Shown here piece after piece: positions 1-13,070 of a stretch of 64,000 bases of DNA. Below the pieces are notes generated by a model. It did not search any database. It was not told where the DNA came from and worked only from the letters and a program-made list of their open reading frames with translations. The position numbers and the translations under genes are program-made. Origin of the DNA: Vicugna vicugna (Eukaryota); assembly GCA_013265495.1 (NCBI GenBank), contig MU057999.1:124001-188000 (forward strand), in the 5' to 3' direction. Each line of letters opens with the position of its first letter. The first letter of the stretch is position 1.

Positions 1-169
1 TATATACAACAGATACCAGCATTCTGCAGGATATACTTTAGGGAAAGATTCCATTTTAAAAGTAGCTTATGGTAGAATATGAGTCTTGAGATTTCTTCAC
101 AAAAGGACAAGAAAATAAAGACATATTACATGGACTGTATGATCTTTTTAAAACTAGCACACCAGCATT

Positions 170-395
170 TTCTACCTCCTCACTCTACTTTTTTTCCCTT
201 TTCATAACACTTATTGCTTCCTAAAATTACATCATGCCTTTGACTTCTCACTTACGGATATCCACCTCCACCAAAATGCAGGCTTCACCCAGGAAAGATG
301 AAATGTGTTTTTTTTTTTAGGATGCCACAGCCCTGTAGTCTGAAATAATGCCTAGTCCTTAATTAGTGCTCAACATTATCAAGTACATGAATACG
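170..395 (+). mobile_element. L2 LINE 3' end remnant
   Basis: Degenerate L2 tail pattern (...ataatgcctagtccttaattagtgctcaac...atgaat). Confidence 0.5.
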
Positions 396-409
396 TCTTT
401 CAAAAGTCT

Positions 410-960
410 AACTGATGAACCCTCATCCAGAATGTACATCCATCAGAGTAGTCATTTGGGAAGCTGTAGATTTGTTCCAACGATCTGTCCTCAATCATTA
501 TAAATTCCCCCTTCAGCACAAAACATCATTTGTCAGTTTAACTGCCCCACTTATTTACTTGGCTCAATTCTAAATCATTTTTGGCTATTTCTAAACTCAG
601 ACTAAAAAGTTCAAGATTTGCATTCGTGTATAAAAAGACTTCCTGGGGTGGTGGAAATATTCTATATTTTGATTATGGCAGTATTTACACAGATGTATAC
701 ATCTGTCAAAACTCATTAATCATTTAAAATCTGTGCACTTTATTATATGTAAACTCTATCTCAATACTAACTGATTTAAGGAAAAATTAATTTAAAAAAG
801 ATTTGCAACCAGGAAGGTATTCAAAATAATGTTCTGAGGCCTTGAAGGGAATTCCATAAATAGTTTTTAAAAAAATATTATGAGCATTGGCAATGTTACT
901 GAAATAGATCTGTTTTTCCAAGGGGCTCACTTTGAAACCGTCAAAACCCGCGTAAATATC
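410..960 (+). mobile_element. MARNA-like (Tc1/mariner) DNA transposon remnant, interrupted by an L1 fragment
   Basis: 800-940 resembles the MARNA consensus (ggtattcaaaataatgt...ccttgaagggaattcc...ccaaggggctcactttgaa). Confidence 0.55.
635..790 (+). mobile_element. Old L1 (L1MB/MC-type) 3' UTR end
   Basis: ggggtggtggaaatattctatattttgat...gtcaaaactcat...tgtgcactttattatatgtaaactctatctcaat is a typical L1M terminus. Confidence 0.75.
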
Positions 961-3900
961 CAAGTGTGTATGTGTGTGTGTGTGCTAATGTAAACATCTA
1001 GGTTTTCACCTGTGTATGTTAAAACGATATATGTCTTTAGGCACATCTTGCAGAAGGAAGCTGGCAGGGAAAGCTAATGTAAGGGGACGACATTCTTGCT
1101 GGGTGTGGTGGGCAGGAAGCTCTAAGACTTGTAACGTAACTGCTCATGCTCACGGCTCCATTCTTTTTCCAATCTTAACAAACATAAGGAGGAAGTTCAG
1201 GGAGGAAGGAAGCAGGAAAATTGGAGTGCTCCTGAAGATCTTTCTTCTAATAAAGAGGAGTCTTTTCACCACTGGTGCCAAAGAGCTAAAAAAAAGTCGA
1301 AAAGATGCTGAGATGCCAAGTGAAAAGCTGTAAGTGAGTAATCGGACCAGAAGGTGATCAGTCAGGGCAAGGAGGGGAAGGCTCGCAGCTCAGATCAAAG
1401 GTAAGCCTAGCTGTGCTCTCCTCTGCACACACGGTCATGGCCTCCTTTTCCAAACTAAACACTGGAACTATGATCTGTGGCATCTTATCAGAGTCAAAGA
1501 GACACTTGGAAAAAGTTCTGAAATTGGATCCCCATCAGGTTATGACCTGTTTAACCACTGACCCTGCGGCCAACCAACTCTGATTTGGTCCACATGTGTC
1601 CTGATGAAGGCAAAACTCTAGAAACCTCACCTAATGCCTTAGGTCCACTGGGATGTGATGTCTCGGAGACAGTTTAACATACTGAGAGAGCCCTGGAGTG
1701 GGAAGAAGGCCCTTCAGGGACAGGAGATGGGGCTGGACTGGGACACAGGCTGTGACCTCCCAGTTTGGAACAACTGCTTCGATCCATAAACAGCAGCTGT
1801 CAGCCGTCTAAAAGGAACCATTCTTCGGAAAGAAAGAAGGGAAAAAAGAAGAGAGAGAGAAGAAAGAGAAAACAAGAGCTCAGTGATGCTTTATTCTCGC
1901 CCTCTCCCCACCGGCAGAGCAGGGAGAGCTCAGCGGCGTGCTGAGGGCCACTCCGCAGTTCTTTCTGAGTCAATGAGGAGACTCCGAGGTGCCGCTTGCT
2001 TTGGCTCCTCCCACCTCTGTGGGTCAAAATCTGGCCCCAGAGTCCACGCTGCTCCTCCTCTCTCCAGGCTGGAGTGGACTCCTCGCCCCCGACAGGCAGG
2101 AACAGCTCCGAGGCCCCTGCATCTCTTGGGCAGCAGCAGAACTGCCCAGCCACACCAACGACCCAACTAGGGGTGAGCGGCACCTGGCATCCAGAAGCTC
2201 CCTTTACAGTCAGCTGGAAACCCTCCGACATAATCATTTATTTTTGCTCTTTCATATTTTCCCCTTTATTTTGGATCAATGTTTTACAGGCACATGTTTT
2301 AAAAATCAAGTTACATGGAAGGGCTTAGAATGACGAGGCCAACCCTGTGCTCAGCTCAAGCCACCGCCACGACTGCAGTTCAAGGACAACCATCTCTGTT
2401 TTCAGTGTTTCTGTTGATTACGTCCATGCACCTTAAAATAATATGCTTGCTCTGCAATTTCTTGATTTATCACCTCAGACTGCATGCCACGATAGAAGAG
2501 GAGTTAGCGCACTTATTTTTACACCTCCCACCCCTCTCCCTATTGCTCCCAACTTTCAATAGGTTTATCAGGATTTGTACACTTATTGGATCATTTCACT
2601 TTGTGGCAAGCGAGCTGGGGGCCAGGAGCGGGTTCCCCTCCTGGGCTCGCACACCCGCATTAGCTGATGGTCCCTCAGTTCCTGGAGAGAAGGTTGCCTG
2701 TAATTTTCTCAGAGTAAAGGGCCACTCTGCATTAACCCCCTCGGGTTCAGCTCCACTGGTCACCTCTGCCTTCTGCCACACCTGCCCACTCTGAATTTGC
2801 TGCCCTCCAGGGCCAAGTCCCAAGTCCAAGGGCTCCCCCACTGTTGGCCCCACGCAGGCAGGCACTTAAGAGCCTGCTTCCTCTACTCTATTTCATCCCT
2901 TGTCACTTCCCAACCACCTCTCATCTTGCTGAGATTATTGAAATGTTTCATCCACTCATAATCCCTCTCCCTTTCTTTTTTCTGTTATTGGCTTTCACCA
3001 TTTTTGAATCCATTGCTTTCACCATCATGAGATGAGGGGAGATAAACACGTGGGGAACTTACCTGCCATCTTGAATTATGAACACACTACTTCCTGATGT
3101 GAGATCTAGCAGACAAATTAAAAATTCTGTCCCTACTTTTTCAATGGGAAAAAAAGGAGTATGTACTGTCAGGGAGCTAAGTAGTCAAACCAAAAAGTAC
3201 ACCCAGGTCCTTCTCCACAACCATCCCTCCCTCACCCCCCACATTCATGCATCCTGGTACCTCATTTATTTAATCTTCCATAGTGGTTGGTGTGTCTCCA
3301 ACAGGAGGCTCATAGCCCAAGAGAAGTACTGGCTTTGGGTGTCTGCCAATCTCCACTTAAATCTTTCTATTTTTTTTAGTGTCTCTACCCTTGTGGCCAG
3401 TTCTGAGTCTTGGTTGGAAGTTTACCAAATGGGTAGGACCTGGGAGGTAAAGCTCAGGGCTCAAGGGGTCCTAATGCAATGGGGGCAAAGAAGGAAACTC
3501 AGAAAGGGTGACTCCTGGCTGTTTCCCAATGACCTCAGAGATCCAGCATCTGACAGGAGAGGAGGGTCTGTGGTTTGGCACCTCTGAGGCCCAAGTGAGA
3601 GGTCCCTCAGAGCTGGAGAGGTGAGGGGATCCTTCCAGAAGAAGAAGGAAGCAAAGCAAAGATGCGCCCTGGAATGGTCCTCCGTCAGCCAGTCAGCCTG
3701 CTTACCCTCCTGTATCTTCAGCAGGGTGTGACTTTGGAACCAAACCATGGCCCAGAGGCCCCAAAGGGGAATGTCTCTTTTGAGAAGTGATTCAGGAAAC
3801 CAAGCGTGTTCCCATGCAGGAAGAACGTCTGAACAAGATAAAGTTCAGAGATTCAAAATAGCCAGTCGAGGGTCTGCGTTGGTGGCAGTCACAGCAGTGG

Positions 3901-5689
3901 TAACAGAAGGCAGCTTCAGTATTACTTGCATTCCTATGATCTAGAAACAGCCTTTGGAAAGACACAGCCCTGGGGCCCTTAGAAGTATAAAAATCAGAAC
4001 ACTGTAAAAAGAAAAACAGGTTTCCCTCGCAGCTTCCTTGTTCCTTAAGAGGGAAGCGCCCAGACTGGGGAGTTGGAACTAAAATCGCGCCTGTGCGGGA
4101 AGCCCTCTGAGCCAGACCCCTGACAGTTTCTCTGCTCAGTGCAATTTTTCTCCCCAGCACCCCCTTGCCAGCCTCTGCTGTCCACACAGTGGCCTTACTG
4201 TCTGGCAGGGTTTTTCCAATACAACCGAGAAAGGCCATGTCTGTGGGAGCTGCTCCAGGGACGACTGGAGCCTCAGTGGAGCCCAGGAGCCAGGGGGAAC
4301 CACAACAAGCCCGGAGGAGCCGAGCCCCGACGTGGACTCCGCCTGGGGATGGGGCGGGGCTGGTCAGAGCCCCTCTCAGAGCTGGGTCTTAAAGGTTAGA
4401 TCAGGAGATTTCGGCCATTTTTAGTGTAGTCCACTTGGCTTAGATAAAATCTCACCTAAAGGCCTCTATGTAAGAGATAACGGAATTGGACACTGGAAAT
4501 CCCAGTCTGCATAATTCTGTAGTTTTTGTGGCTATCATGAGCTGGGAAAGGCCTTTGATAAGACACAGTCCCCAGGGCCCTCGGATCAGAACTATCTGTA
4601 AAGAAACACGTGGGTTTCCATGGCAGCGTCCCTGCTGGAAGGGACCCTGGCACGTAAAGGGGAGGCAGACAAGCTTTCCCACTCTTAATACTGGTAATCC
4701 TCAAACATTTTTGGCTTTTGGCTGTGGTGGTTTTGTTTTCTTTTTAGCCTGGCGGTGCTTGTCTGGAGTTTCGCCCCAAGGATGAGAAAGGCAGATGGTT
4801 GAATTGACCGGGGACATTTGTGAGGGAAGATAAAAGAGCAAAGGTCAAGAGACTGCCCAAGGTACAGGACCTGCGGTTGGGGCTTTAGAAATCACAGGTT
4901 ACCAAAAAAAAAAAAAAAAAATTCTGGAAGAGATGAAACATGATCACATGAGACCAGATGAATTTATCAGATTAGCTAGAAGCGTGGTGCTTGAGCGTTC
5001 CCAGAAAAACAAAAACTCTGAAACAAACTTATCATTGACATTTATGCAAAGATGTGTCCAAATTCTTCAGAGACTCCCAAAGTCACTTTTTTTTCAAGTC
5101 AAAAAGCTTTCCTTCATGGAAAACAAGTGCCACTCGTCTTTTTTGGCAGTTGGCATGAGAGAAATCTGTTAGGTGAAATAAGGCGCCATTAGGGAAACTG
5201 CTTTGAATCCATTTGTGGCAGGAAATGAACATTGAGACTGTATTAATATGGGGACTTCACCTATTTTATGTGCTGCCTATTCTCTGCACAACAAGATGGG
5301 AGGCTAATATTTTCCCCTCACCTCCCTGAAGGGTTTGCAGTTAAGCCCTTTCCTTCCTGCCCTCAAGGAAGGGGAAGTTAGTGTTTCAGATAGAAAGTGG
5401 GGTGTGGGGTGTGATATCAGAAGAGCGCAGGACCCTGGGAGCTGATCCCAGGAAGCTGGCCAGGAAGGGGGGACCCCACTGCCTTCGTGGCTGGCTTAAG
5501 GCCACAGGGAAGCACCAGGAGGTTATCCATTTTCTTCACATTGTCTGGATTCTTTGTTTACTTACAATTTGTCTCCCCGTTGGTCGGTCACCCTGTCTAC
5601 ATCTGGCCAACCCCCGGGCATGTAACAAATGTCCAGTGAATGCCTGCTGCATAAAGTGAATCCTCATACCACCCGGAGAGGCCGGCATG

Positions 5690-5810
5690 ATTCCACTGGT
5701 TTATGGATGAGGAAACTGAGGTTCAGGGAAGCTTAAAAAACTGTCTCATCACACAGTTTGTAAATGGTAGCAGCCGTTGGATACCAAGTCACACCCTCTT
5801 TCTGCTCCAC
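5690..5810 (-). mobile_element. MIR SINE fragment
   Basis: Core gatgaggaaactgagg. Confidence 0.7.
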
Positions 5811-5879
5811 CCAGTGGCCCAATCGTAAGAGTTTGGGGGAAGGAGGCTTCACTGAACCTGCTTTCACCAAGATTGCCAG

Positions 5880-6470
5880 GTACCTAATTGCCAAATCCAG
5901 CAGACTCCCCAACGGCTTTACCTAAGCTCTGCAGCGTCTGACATTCTCTTTTCCCCTGCATCTGTGATGTCATTGGCATGCCTGAATCTTGCTGTCTCTC
6001 TAAGTGGTCTTCCTTAGAAACCCTTGGGGAGCTCCTTTCTGCCTCCTCACCCCATGTGCATGGTGCCCAGATTCTGTCCTCAGCCCTTTGGCCCATCTCT
6101 CTGCACACGCTAGCCCTAGGCAATTGCTCATCCACCCAAAATGTCATCCTTGGCGAAATTCCAGAGCCTCCAGTCCACAGCTGGGGTACAGACCTCCCTC
6201 AACGCCCTGCTTCCCACACATTTCAACTTTGACTTCAGACCAGTAACTGAAATACATGCCCCAAACCATATTGTTACCCCGCATTGTCTCCTCTGGCTTC
6301 AAGTTCTCACCCTGGTGCTTCAACCTCCAAACCAAGGCTCGACCTCTACTGCCACCCTCCTTCCGGGCCACCTTCAGATGCCACCCAGTCCACTGCCACA
6401 AGTTCCCACCCTTTTCCAAACCCACTCCTTCCTCTTTCTAATCTAGTCTTTAACCAGCAGCCAGAGAAAT
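5880..6470 (+). mobile_element. L2 LINE remnant (RT region); continues after the L1 insert to ~6900
   Basis: tggtgcccagattctgtcctcagccctttggcccatctctctgcacac is a degenerate version of the L2 RT segment GVPQGSVLGPLLFSLYT. Confidence 0.6.
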
Positions 6471-6735
6471 CTTTTAAGAAACTTTATATGTATAGCACTC
6501 ATCAAAAAAGGCACACGTCTTAAGGGTACAGCTTGATAAATTTCACACACAGAGGACACGTGAAGGACCAGGACCCAGATGGAGAAACAGAACACTTCCA
6601 GCTTCCCAGAAGCCACTGAGCGCCCCTCTCAGTCACCACCCATCGCCAAGGTAACGACTCTCCCCACACCTAGCTGCGTGGGTCAGTTTGCCTGATTTGT
6701 ACTTTACAGAAATTCCATCATATCGTACGTCAGCA
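6470..6735 (-). mobile_element. Old L1 (L1MB/MC-type) 3' UTR fragment inserted in L2
   Basis: cttaagggtacagcttgataaatttcacac...agaacacttccagcttcccagaagcc...tttgcctgatttgtacttta. Confidence 0.7.
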
Positions 6736-8842
6736 TTGAGCTTCTGAAAATGGAGATCAGAGCCTGTCATGACCCTGTTGAAAAACCCTCCAATGCATTC
6801 CCATCAGCTCTGATTAAAATCAGAAAGCAGCCCAGCCTACAGGGCCCTCCCTGCTCCAGCTCCCACCCACTGCTGATCTCACCAAGTTTCCCACCACAAT
6901 GGCCTCTCCTCGGGTGCATTCCTGGAAAACCCTTGGCCCCTGTGAGATGATGTGCTGCCCCAGAGTCTTTGGGGGTAGGGGCTATTCTTTCTACTGGCGG
7001 GGGGGGGGGCTCTCCATTCCCACCCCCTCCATTGGCTGGCTTCTATTCACCTGTCTGTATGGTGGCAAAGAATGTCCCTCCCGTTACACATTCTGCATTG
7101 TGCCTTCGTGGCACTGAGCCCAGGCTGCAATTACAAGCACCTCAAGTGTTCGGGGCCCCGCGGCAGTCCTGGCACCCAGCACTTAGCTGCTGCCAGCCAG
7201 CGGGGCAGAGGAGGGGAGTGACCACAGACATGCTGCTGCTACTTTATGAGGAGGAGGCAGTCCTTCGGCAGACATCTGATGATGTGCACATCGATGGGAA
7301 GGAATACGTTTCAGTGACTGACACCGCCAGTTATGTAGGCACCCGTAAGCCGTAAGTAAGCGGATATGAAATTATCAAAATGGACTGTAAATTCCTTAAA
7401 GAAACAGGTATTATTTTTCCTTCCATTGTACCCATTTATCCCCTAAGGAGATAAATCAGTTACTTAGTAAGCCCTTGTAAATTCTTTCATTGTCATCAGA
7501 AAGACACTCAGGGCCAGCTGCACATCAGAGCTCCCAAACATCTCCACTTGGAGAAATAAAACCCTGGGCTCGTATTCGCCTCTTGGTCCTGCCAGGATTT
7601 TTTAGCAGACAAGAGACTGTAGACTCAGGCTGAGCAGTAAGGAGATGGGTGTCTGGGTGTTCTCCCAAGGCCGCCAGGCGAGGAGCCTGAGGTTCCACTG
7701 GGAGCAATGAGTACCCTGGCGGGCTGAGGAAGGAGCCTTCGCCCAGGGATGCCCCTGCCTGGGTAGCCTGTGCCCACCCACCCCAGCCATCCCGCCACCC
7801 CTCAGAGGCTGCTGAGCTCCTGATGAACCACGGCATGACCAGCCCCATCAAAGCCACCATGGAGGTCTGAGAACCAAGCTTCCAGAACCCGTAACAGAGT
7901 CGAAGATAGCAGACGCTTGAGATAAGAGGCTGCCCCCCACCACAAGAGGCCAAGACACGGACGGGCATGGACACCACGATGCTGCGCCTACTAATTGTCA
8001 CACTGTCCCCTCTCACCGGTCAGTGTCGGAGCTTTTCCTAAGGCTAAGGCATTCCAGAGTCACATACACACAACAGACAGGCGTGCCCGGCCGCCACCCC
8101 CACCACGTGTACTCACAGAGGCTGGGACTTCCTTGCCACAGGCTTGTCACTGGAGAGAGGCTTTCCTGCACGGAAGCTTTCTCACACCCCATCCTGGTCA
8201 CCCTGGCATTCCTCTGCCTGCTGGGGATCGATCCAACCGCTGTTCTCACAGGTGCCCACTTCCTTCTAAGACACCATCATTCCGAAAGCAACAGCAGCTC
8301 CCTTAAAACTCTGTCCCTTGGAGGCTAAGATGTTCAGAGTAGATTGCCTCTACACAAGATAACTGTCACACTTTTGTGGTCACGCTCCCCCTCTGCTTTT
8401 CTCTTGGCAGATGGAAGGACAGTGGGAGGGAAAAGGCTTTCTGTCCAACATTCAAGCCTCTCTATCCCATCAGATGCCTCAAGAGGATGAAATGTCCCTC
8501 CTAAGCACTGTGCTACGAGCACAAACCCGGGTTCCAACACTTGACCTCCTGGAGATGACTAGCGGGATGTGGAACCTGGTGCTCTCGGTTTCCCACTGAC
8601 CAATGACAGTCCAAATACCAAGGAAATGAACCCAAAGGACTACACCACCTGCAGATGACCCGGCAGGGAAACCGTAATATCTTTCGCCACCATGCCCCAT
8701 GGGCCTCCACTTCACCTCCCCTGCAGCCCCCCAGCATCTCTGCTATGATCCTCACAACTGAGCTCACCCCTCCATCCGATTCCCTCTGTCTCTGCTAAAG
8801 ATATTCTCTGCCACCCATGCTGCCCCCAGCCTCCTTGCTGGG

Positions 8843-9112
8843 TGTTATGGGTTGAAGTGTGTTCTGCAAAAAGATATGTCAGAGGCCTAACCCCTGGTAC
8901 CTGTGAATGGGACGTTATTTAGGGTCTTTGCAGATCTAATCCAGTTATGAGGAGGTCAGACTGGAGTAGGGTGGGCCTTAATCTAATGACTGGTGTCCTT
9001 ATAAGGAGAGCAACTTTGGATACAGAGACGCAGGACAATGGAGGCAGAGAACGGAGATATGTGGTTACAGGCCAAGGAACGCTAAGGATTTCTGGCAATC
9101 ACCAGAGGCACT
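8843..9112 (+). mobile_element. MaLR LTR (MLT1B/C-like), 5' portion
   Basis: Starts tgttatgggttgaagtgtg; contains gtctttgcagat, gtgggccttaatctaatgactggtgtccttataag and gccaaggaacgc. Confidence 0.85.
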
Positions 9113-10429
9113 GGGGCATGCCCTGCGACTCCCTTGGTCCCCTTCCCTCATTCAGTGACAGAATCCTGTCCCTCTGGCCCAGATGTCCTCAGCTGACCCT
9201 GCTAGAAACCTGGGCCCCTTTTCCTGGGCCCCCCACACTTCCTCCTCCAGCTCCATCAGAAGTCTGTGCTCACCTGCTTTCCAGGTGACTGAGTGGCTTT
9301 ATTTTTCAATTGTTCAAAATCTCTCCAAATTTACCCAGCTATTTTCTTAATTCCTCTATTACTCATTATTGTCCATTCTGGGCAAACACCCTGACAGCCA
9401 AGGCCTCCTGGGCGGGTGTCCGTTCCCTGCCTCAGCCCCTCTCATCCTCGATTTGACCAGCTCTGGGCTCCACTCCCCTGCCCTGGGGCCCCCTTTCTCA
9501 TTCCCAGGTTCTTCTGCCTTCCAGCCACACCTGGAGGGTCCTGACTGCTCACAGTCCATGAGTTTTTCCCCCAAATGCACAGATCTCTCCTCTGTGTGAG
9601 CCAGAGTCCAGGATGCCCACATGGGATGGAGGGGCCTTCCTTCTCTCCACAAGTGGAAACTGCTCCCCCTCCTTTCTTTCCAAGCTGTCTTGGAATGCCC
9701 TGCCTTCCTGGCTGATGGCAAGTTCTCACAAGGAGCAGAGAGTCACTCTGCAGGCGTTTCTCCCCAGGATGGAGAATGGCAACTCACCAGTTTTTCTAGA
9801 CCTTATAAAAGGCAGAACTCCAGACTGATTGGCTTTTCCAGACTCGCTCAAAACCTGAGCCTGCAGCACGCTGACCTGTAAGGGGCTCCTGACCTCGCAC
9901 GGCTGGCCTGCTGGGGAGGCAGCAGCAGCCCCTTCACACTGAACTTCTGTCAACTCCTTGAACTTGGCCCTCTTCATCTGGGGTCCAACTCCTTGTGCGT
10001 GCTGCCCTCGGCCCTCTTCTTGCCCCCTTACCCGCCCTGTGCCTCCTTGCTGGCCTGACTCTGTCTCCCCTGTCAAGCTGTTTGAACATTACTTCCCCAG
10101 CAAGCGTAGCCGGTCCCTTCTTTAGGCTGCTCCCCTAATGACACATATGCCCACAGGAGCCTGTGGACCCTCTCTCTGACGCCATCACACTTGTGATTCC
10201 AGGGCAGTCATGGTTATACGGGGGATCCCCTCCTCCCTGAAGACTCATCCTTCACTGGATGCCATGTCTCCCTGTGAAGACTGAAATAGCCCCCACCCCC
10301 TGGCAAAGGTGCAGACACAGTCCACAATTCCCTTGGCCTGCCAGCTCTGACAGGTCTACTGGGGGCTGGGGGCATGGCGGGCAGGGGGTACATCATTGCT
10401 AGTTTTGCCCAGAAGGAACATTTGAAGTA

Positions 10430-11260
10430 ATGTGATAAGCAAATATTTACTGAATATCAGTAGGCCAAACATATTCTCGGGGAGGCCAAGGGTCAAGCAG
10501 AGCTAGACCCCTCTGGGGCGGTGTGTTAATGAGATGAGGTGTGCACACAACAGCAGCAACTATTCTCAAGGCTGAGGCCAGAGGAGCCAAGTACGAGTAA
10601 TGATGTCAGAGGGGCTCGGAATACAAGAGGGTGGGGGAGTGCTCCCTGAAGAAAGTGAGGTTGGACCTAGGTTTTTGAGGTCAAAGAGTGGAGAGGAGAA
10701 AAGGGGCCGCCCGAGGCCCGGGAGACAAGATGAGGAGTGGAAAAATACGTGTGAATTGGGGTCAGAGGATGATCTGGTTCGTCTGAGAAAGCTCTGGCTA
10801 GGTCAGAGAAGGACACCAAGTTAAGCAAGAGGATGGATGCCTGAGAGGAACCACAGATTCTCTCTGGCCATCACCGAGGACCTCTGAGCAAGGAGGACAC
10901 ATGTTAAACATTTTTTAGGAAGGTTAACCTCTAACTGAGTGAGGGAAAGAGGAGAGGGAAGACAGCCTAGAGGAAGGGAGGCCAGTGAGAGGTCTTGGGA
11001 CAAGGTCAAAGAAGCCTCTAGTCAGGGATGGCAGGGGAACAGGGGATGTCAGCAGGGGAGAAGGTCATGACCTGATGGCTAAGGAGAGGTGGGGGATGGT
11101 GAGCAAGCATCTCAAGACCAAGGACGTGGACGCAAGGAGCTCAAGAGACAATGAGGAGCAGGGGGAGGGGTAGGAGGCAGAAGTGGACTCTTCTAAGGCT
11201 GAGGAGACCCAAGTGGACATCCAGGAGGCCACCCCTGGGGTTCAGGCTTAGCCGGCAGCT
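10430..11260 (-). mobile_element. L2 LINE remnant
   Basis: Starts with the inverted L2 tail (caaatatttactga), followed by purine-rich degenerate L2 body. Confidence 0.55.
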
Positions 11261-11958
11261 GCCTCTCAGGAAAGAGATCCTCACTTCTGACAGCTATTTA
11301 ACCCCACACCCAAGGACCATATGGACCCCAAGGACTCATCACCAAATTAAAATGGGGACTCAGCAGCTACTGTCTGGGGTCTTGAAGCAAATCCCCTTTG
11401 GGCTTTATGCAGGCACTCTGAGTGAGACAGCACTGTGGGAAGATACCTGGTCCCATTCTGTTACTTCTTGTTCCTTCTCCCTGAGGCCAGAGCCCCATGC
11501 CACGTTAGACTTCACACAAATGCAAGTCACCATCTAAGATGGGGGGTTTGCCCCAAATGGGGTATCTCCTCATAGAACCTCATTTGCTAAATCTGCAAAG
11601 AATCAGGAAGACAAGTGGACTTCAGATGAGGCCCTCTGGGACACGAGAATTCTGACTTGAAAGATAATGGATCTGGAGACTGACAGAGGCTATTTGATTC
11701 CTAACAATATATATGATTTGGTCCAAGCTGAGTCTTTTGTCTAGTCTTTAAATGGGTAGAAGTCTGCCCATCTGGTCCCTACTCTGCCCTTTCTCCAGTG
11801 GTGGGTGGCTCAGTCACTGCAGGCTGTACCAGGATGCAGGTTGTCAGGCCATCTGCTTGGTCTTCTGCAGTCATCCCTGGGCAGCACGTTGGCCGGAGGC
11901 ATCTTTGTCCCAGGGAGCCTCTATTCCAGTTCTCCTCTCTCCATCACTTCAACTTATA

Positions 11959-11986
11959 TCTGGACTTTTCTGGACTTTTCTGGACT
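11959..11986. repeat. 10-bp tandem repeat (TCTGGACTTT) x2.8
   Basis: Seen directly. Confidence 0.9.
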
Positions 11987-13070
11987 GAGGGCTGCTCCTT
12001 CCACGGCCTCACATCTTGGACTCTCCAATGTGCCTCCCAAGGAGTTCCCCTTGCCTTCTCCTCCATCTGCCTTCCTCCCCTCTCCACTCTGCAGATCAGC
12101 AAGCACAAGGGAAGAGGGAGAAACATTTGCAGGGTATGGACAGGGAAAGATAGAAGAAATTGCGTGGGATCCAGCCTTCAAGCAGATAGAGAGAGGGTTT
12201 TAATCAGCACCGCAGAAAATGCCCAAAGTCTTTCTCGGAAAAGTTTCCTCAGGTCCCAGACTTGTGTGAGAAAAGAAAGGAAACTGTTACAGGAAAGGTC
12301 ATGGCAGGGGGCCAAGCAAGGCATGCTAGCCTCTTTCCCATTTGAAAGCCATGTTTACATAAAAGCAACCAGAACATCCTTTCCTGGTACCCACACCCTC
12401 TGTCCCTCCCTCCCACGCCACCACCCAGGGGAGTGGGGAGTGGGCCGCAGTGATCCCCATTGTTGCCGGAGGGGTCCTCCAGGGCGTCAAGGTCTTCTCT
12501 GTGCCGTGAAATGTCCAGTCTAAACACAGGATATGAGGGCAGGAGTGGGAGCAAGGGGGAAAGCAAGCCAATTTCTCAAATTCCCTGTTTACCTACAGTA
12601 TTTAACTTGAAGCTATAATTATCATTAGTTAGAGCACCCCCTGACCTTGGCCTCCAAAAGCATTTGTTATTTTCCAACTACCTATGGGAAAAAAGAGATT
12701 GAAATGGAATTCAGCTCAGCACTGCAAGCCTGTGTGCCCAGAGCTCTCCTGGAGATTCTCCGAATTCCAATACGTGACCACCAGGCTCCTTGAGGCTAAG
12801 AAAGCTCTGTCCCACCCCCACCCTCACCACGCTCCTTGATGCACACAGAGCTCTGGGAGGCCTTCGCTGGCCAGTCTAGGATGCTCCCCAAAGTTCCTCC
12901 CATCAACTACAGCTCCATATCAGAGACTCATGTTTCCTGGGAACCTTTCCAGTTTAACATGATTATTTCCTATTAATCACTCTGATGACTCCCTTGGGGA
13001 CGAGAATATCACAGCCACCTCACTGGGGACATTCTACTTGTGAATCAGCGCTCCAATATGTGCCTCAGAG

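Noticed and set aside
7853..7870. Perfect Kozak gccaccATGG on the plus strand
   Set aside because: Followed by a stop after three codons (M-E-V-*); no promoter context.
11798..12523. 241-aa ORF, and similar long ORFs at 45691-46419, 51722-52348 and 62863-63489
   Set aside because: No recognisable domain or exon structure. Composition is typical of GC-rich non-coding DNA, and two of them overlap L2 remnants.
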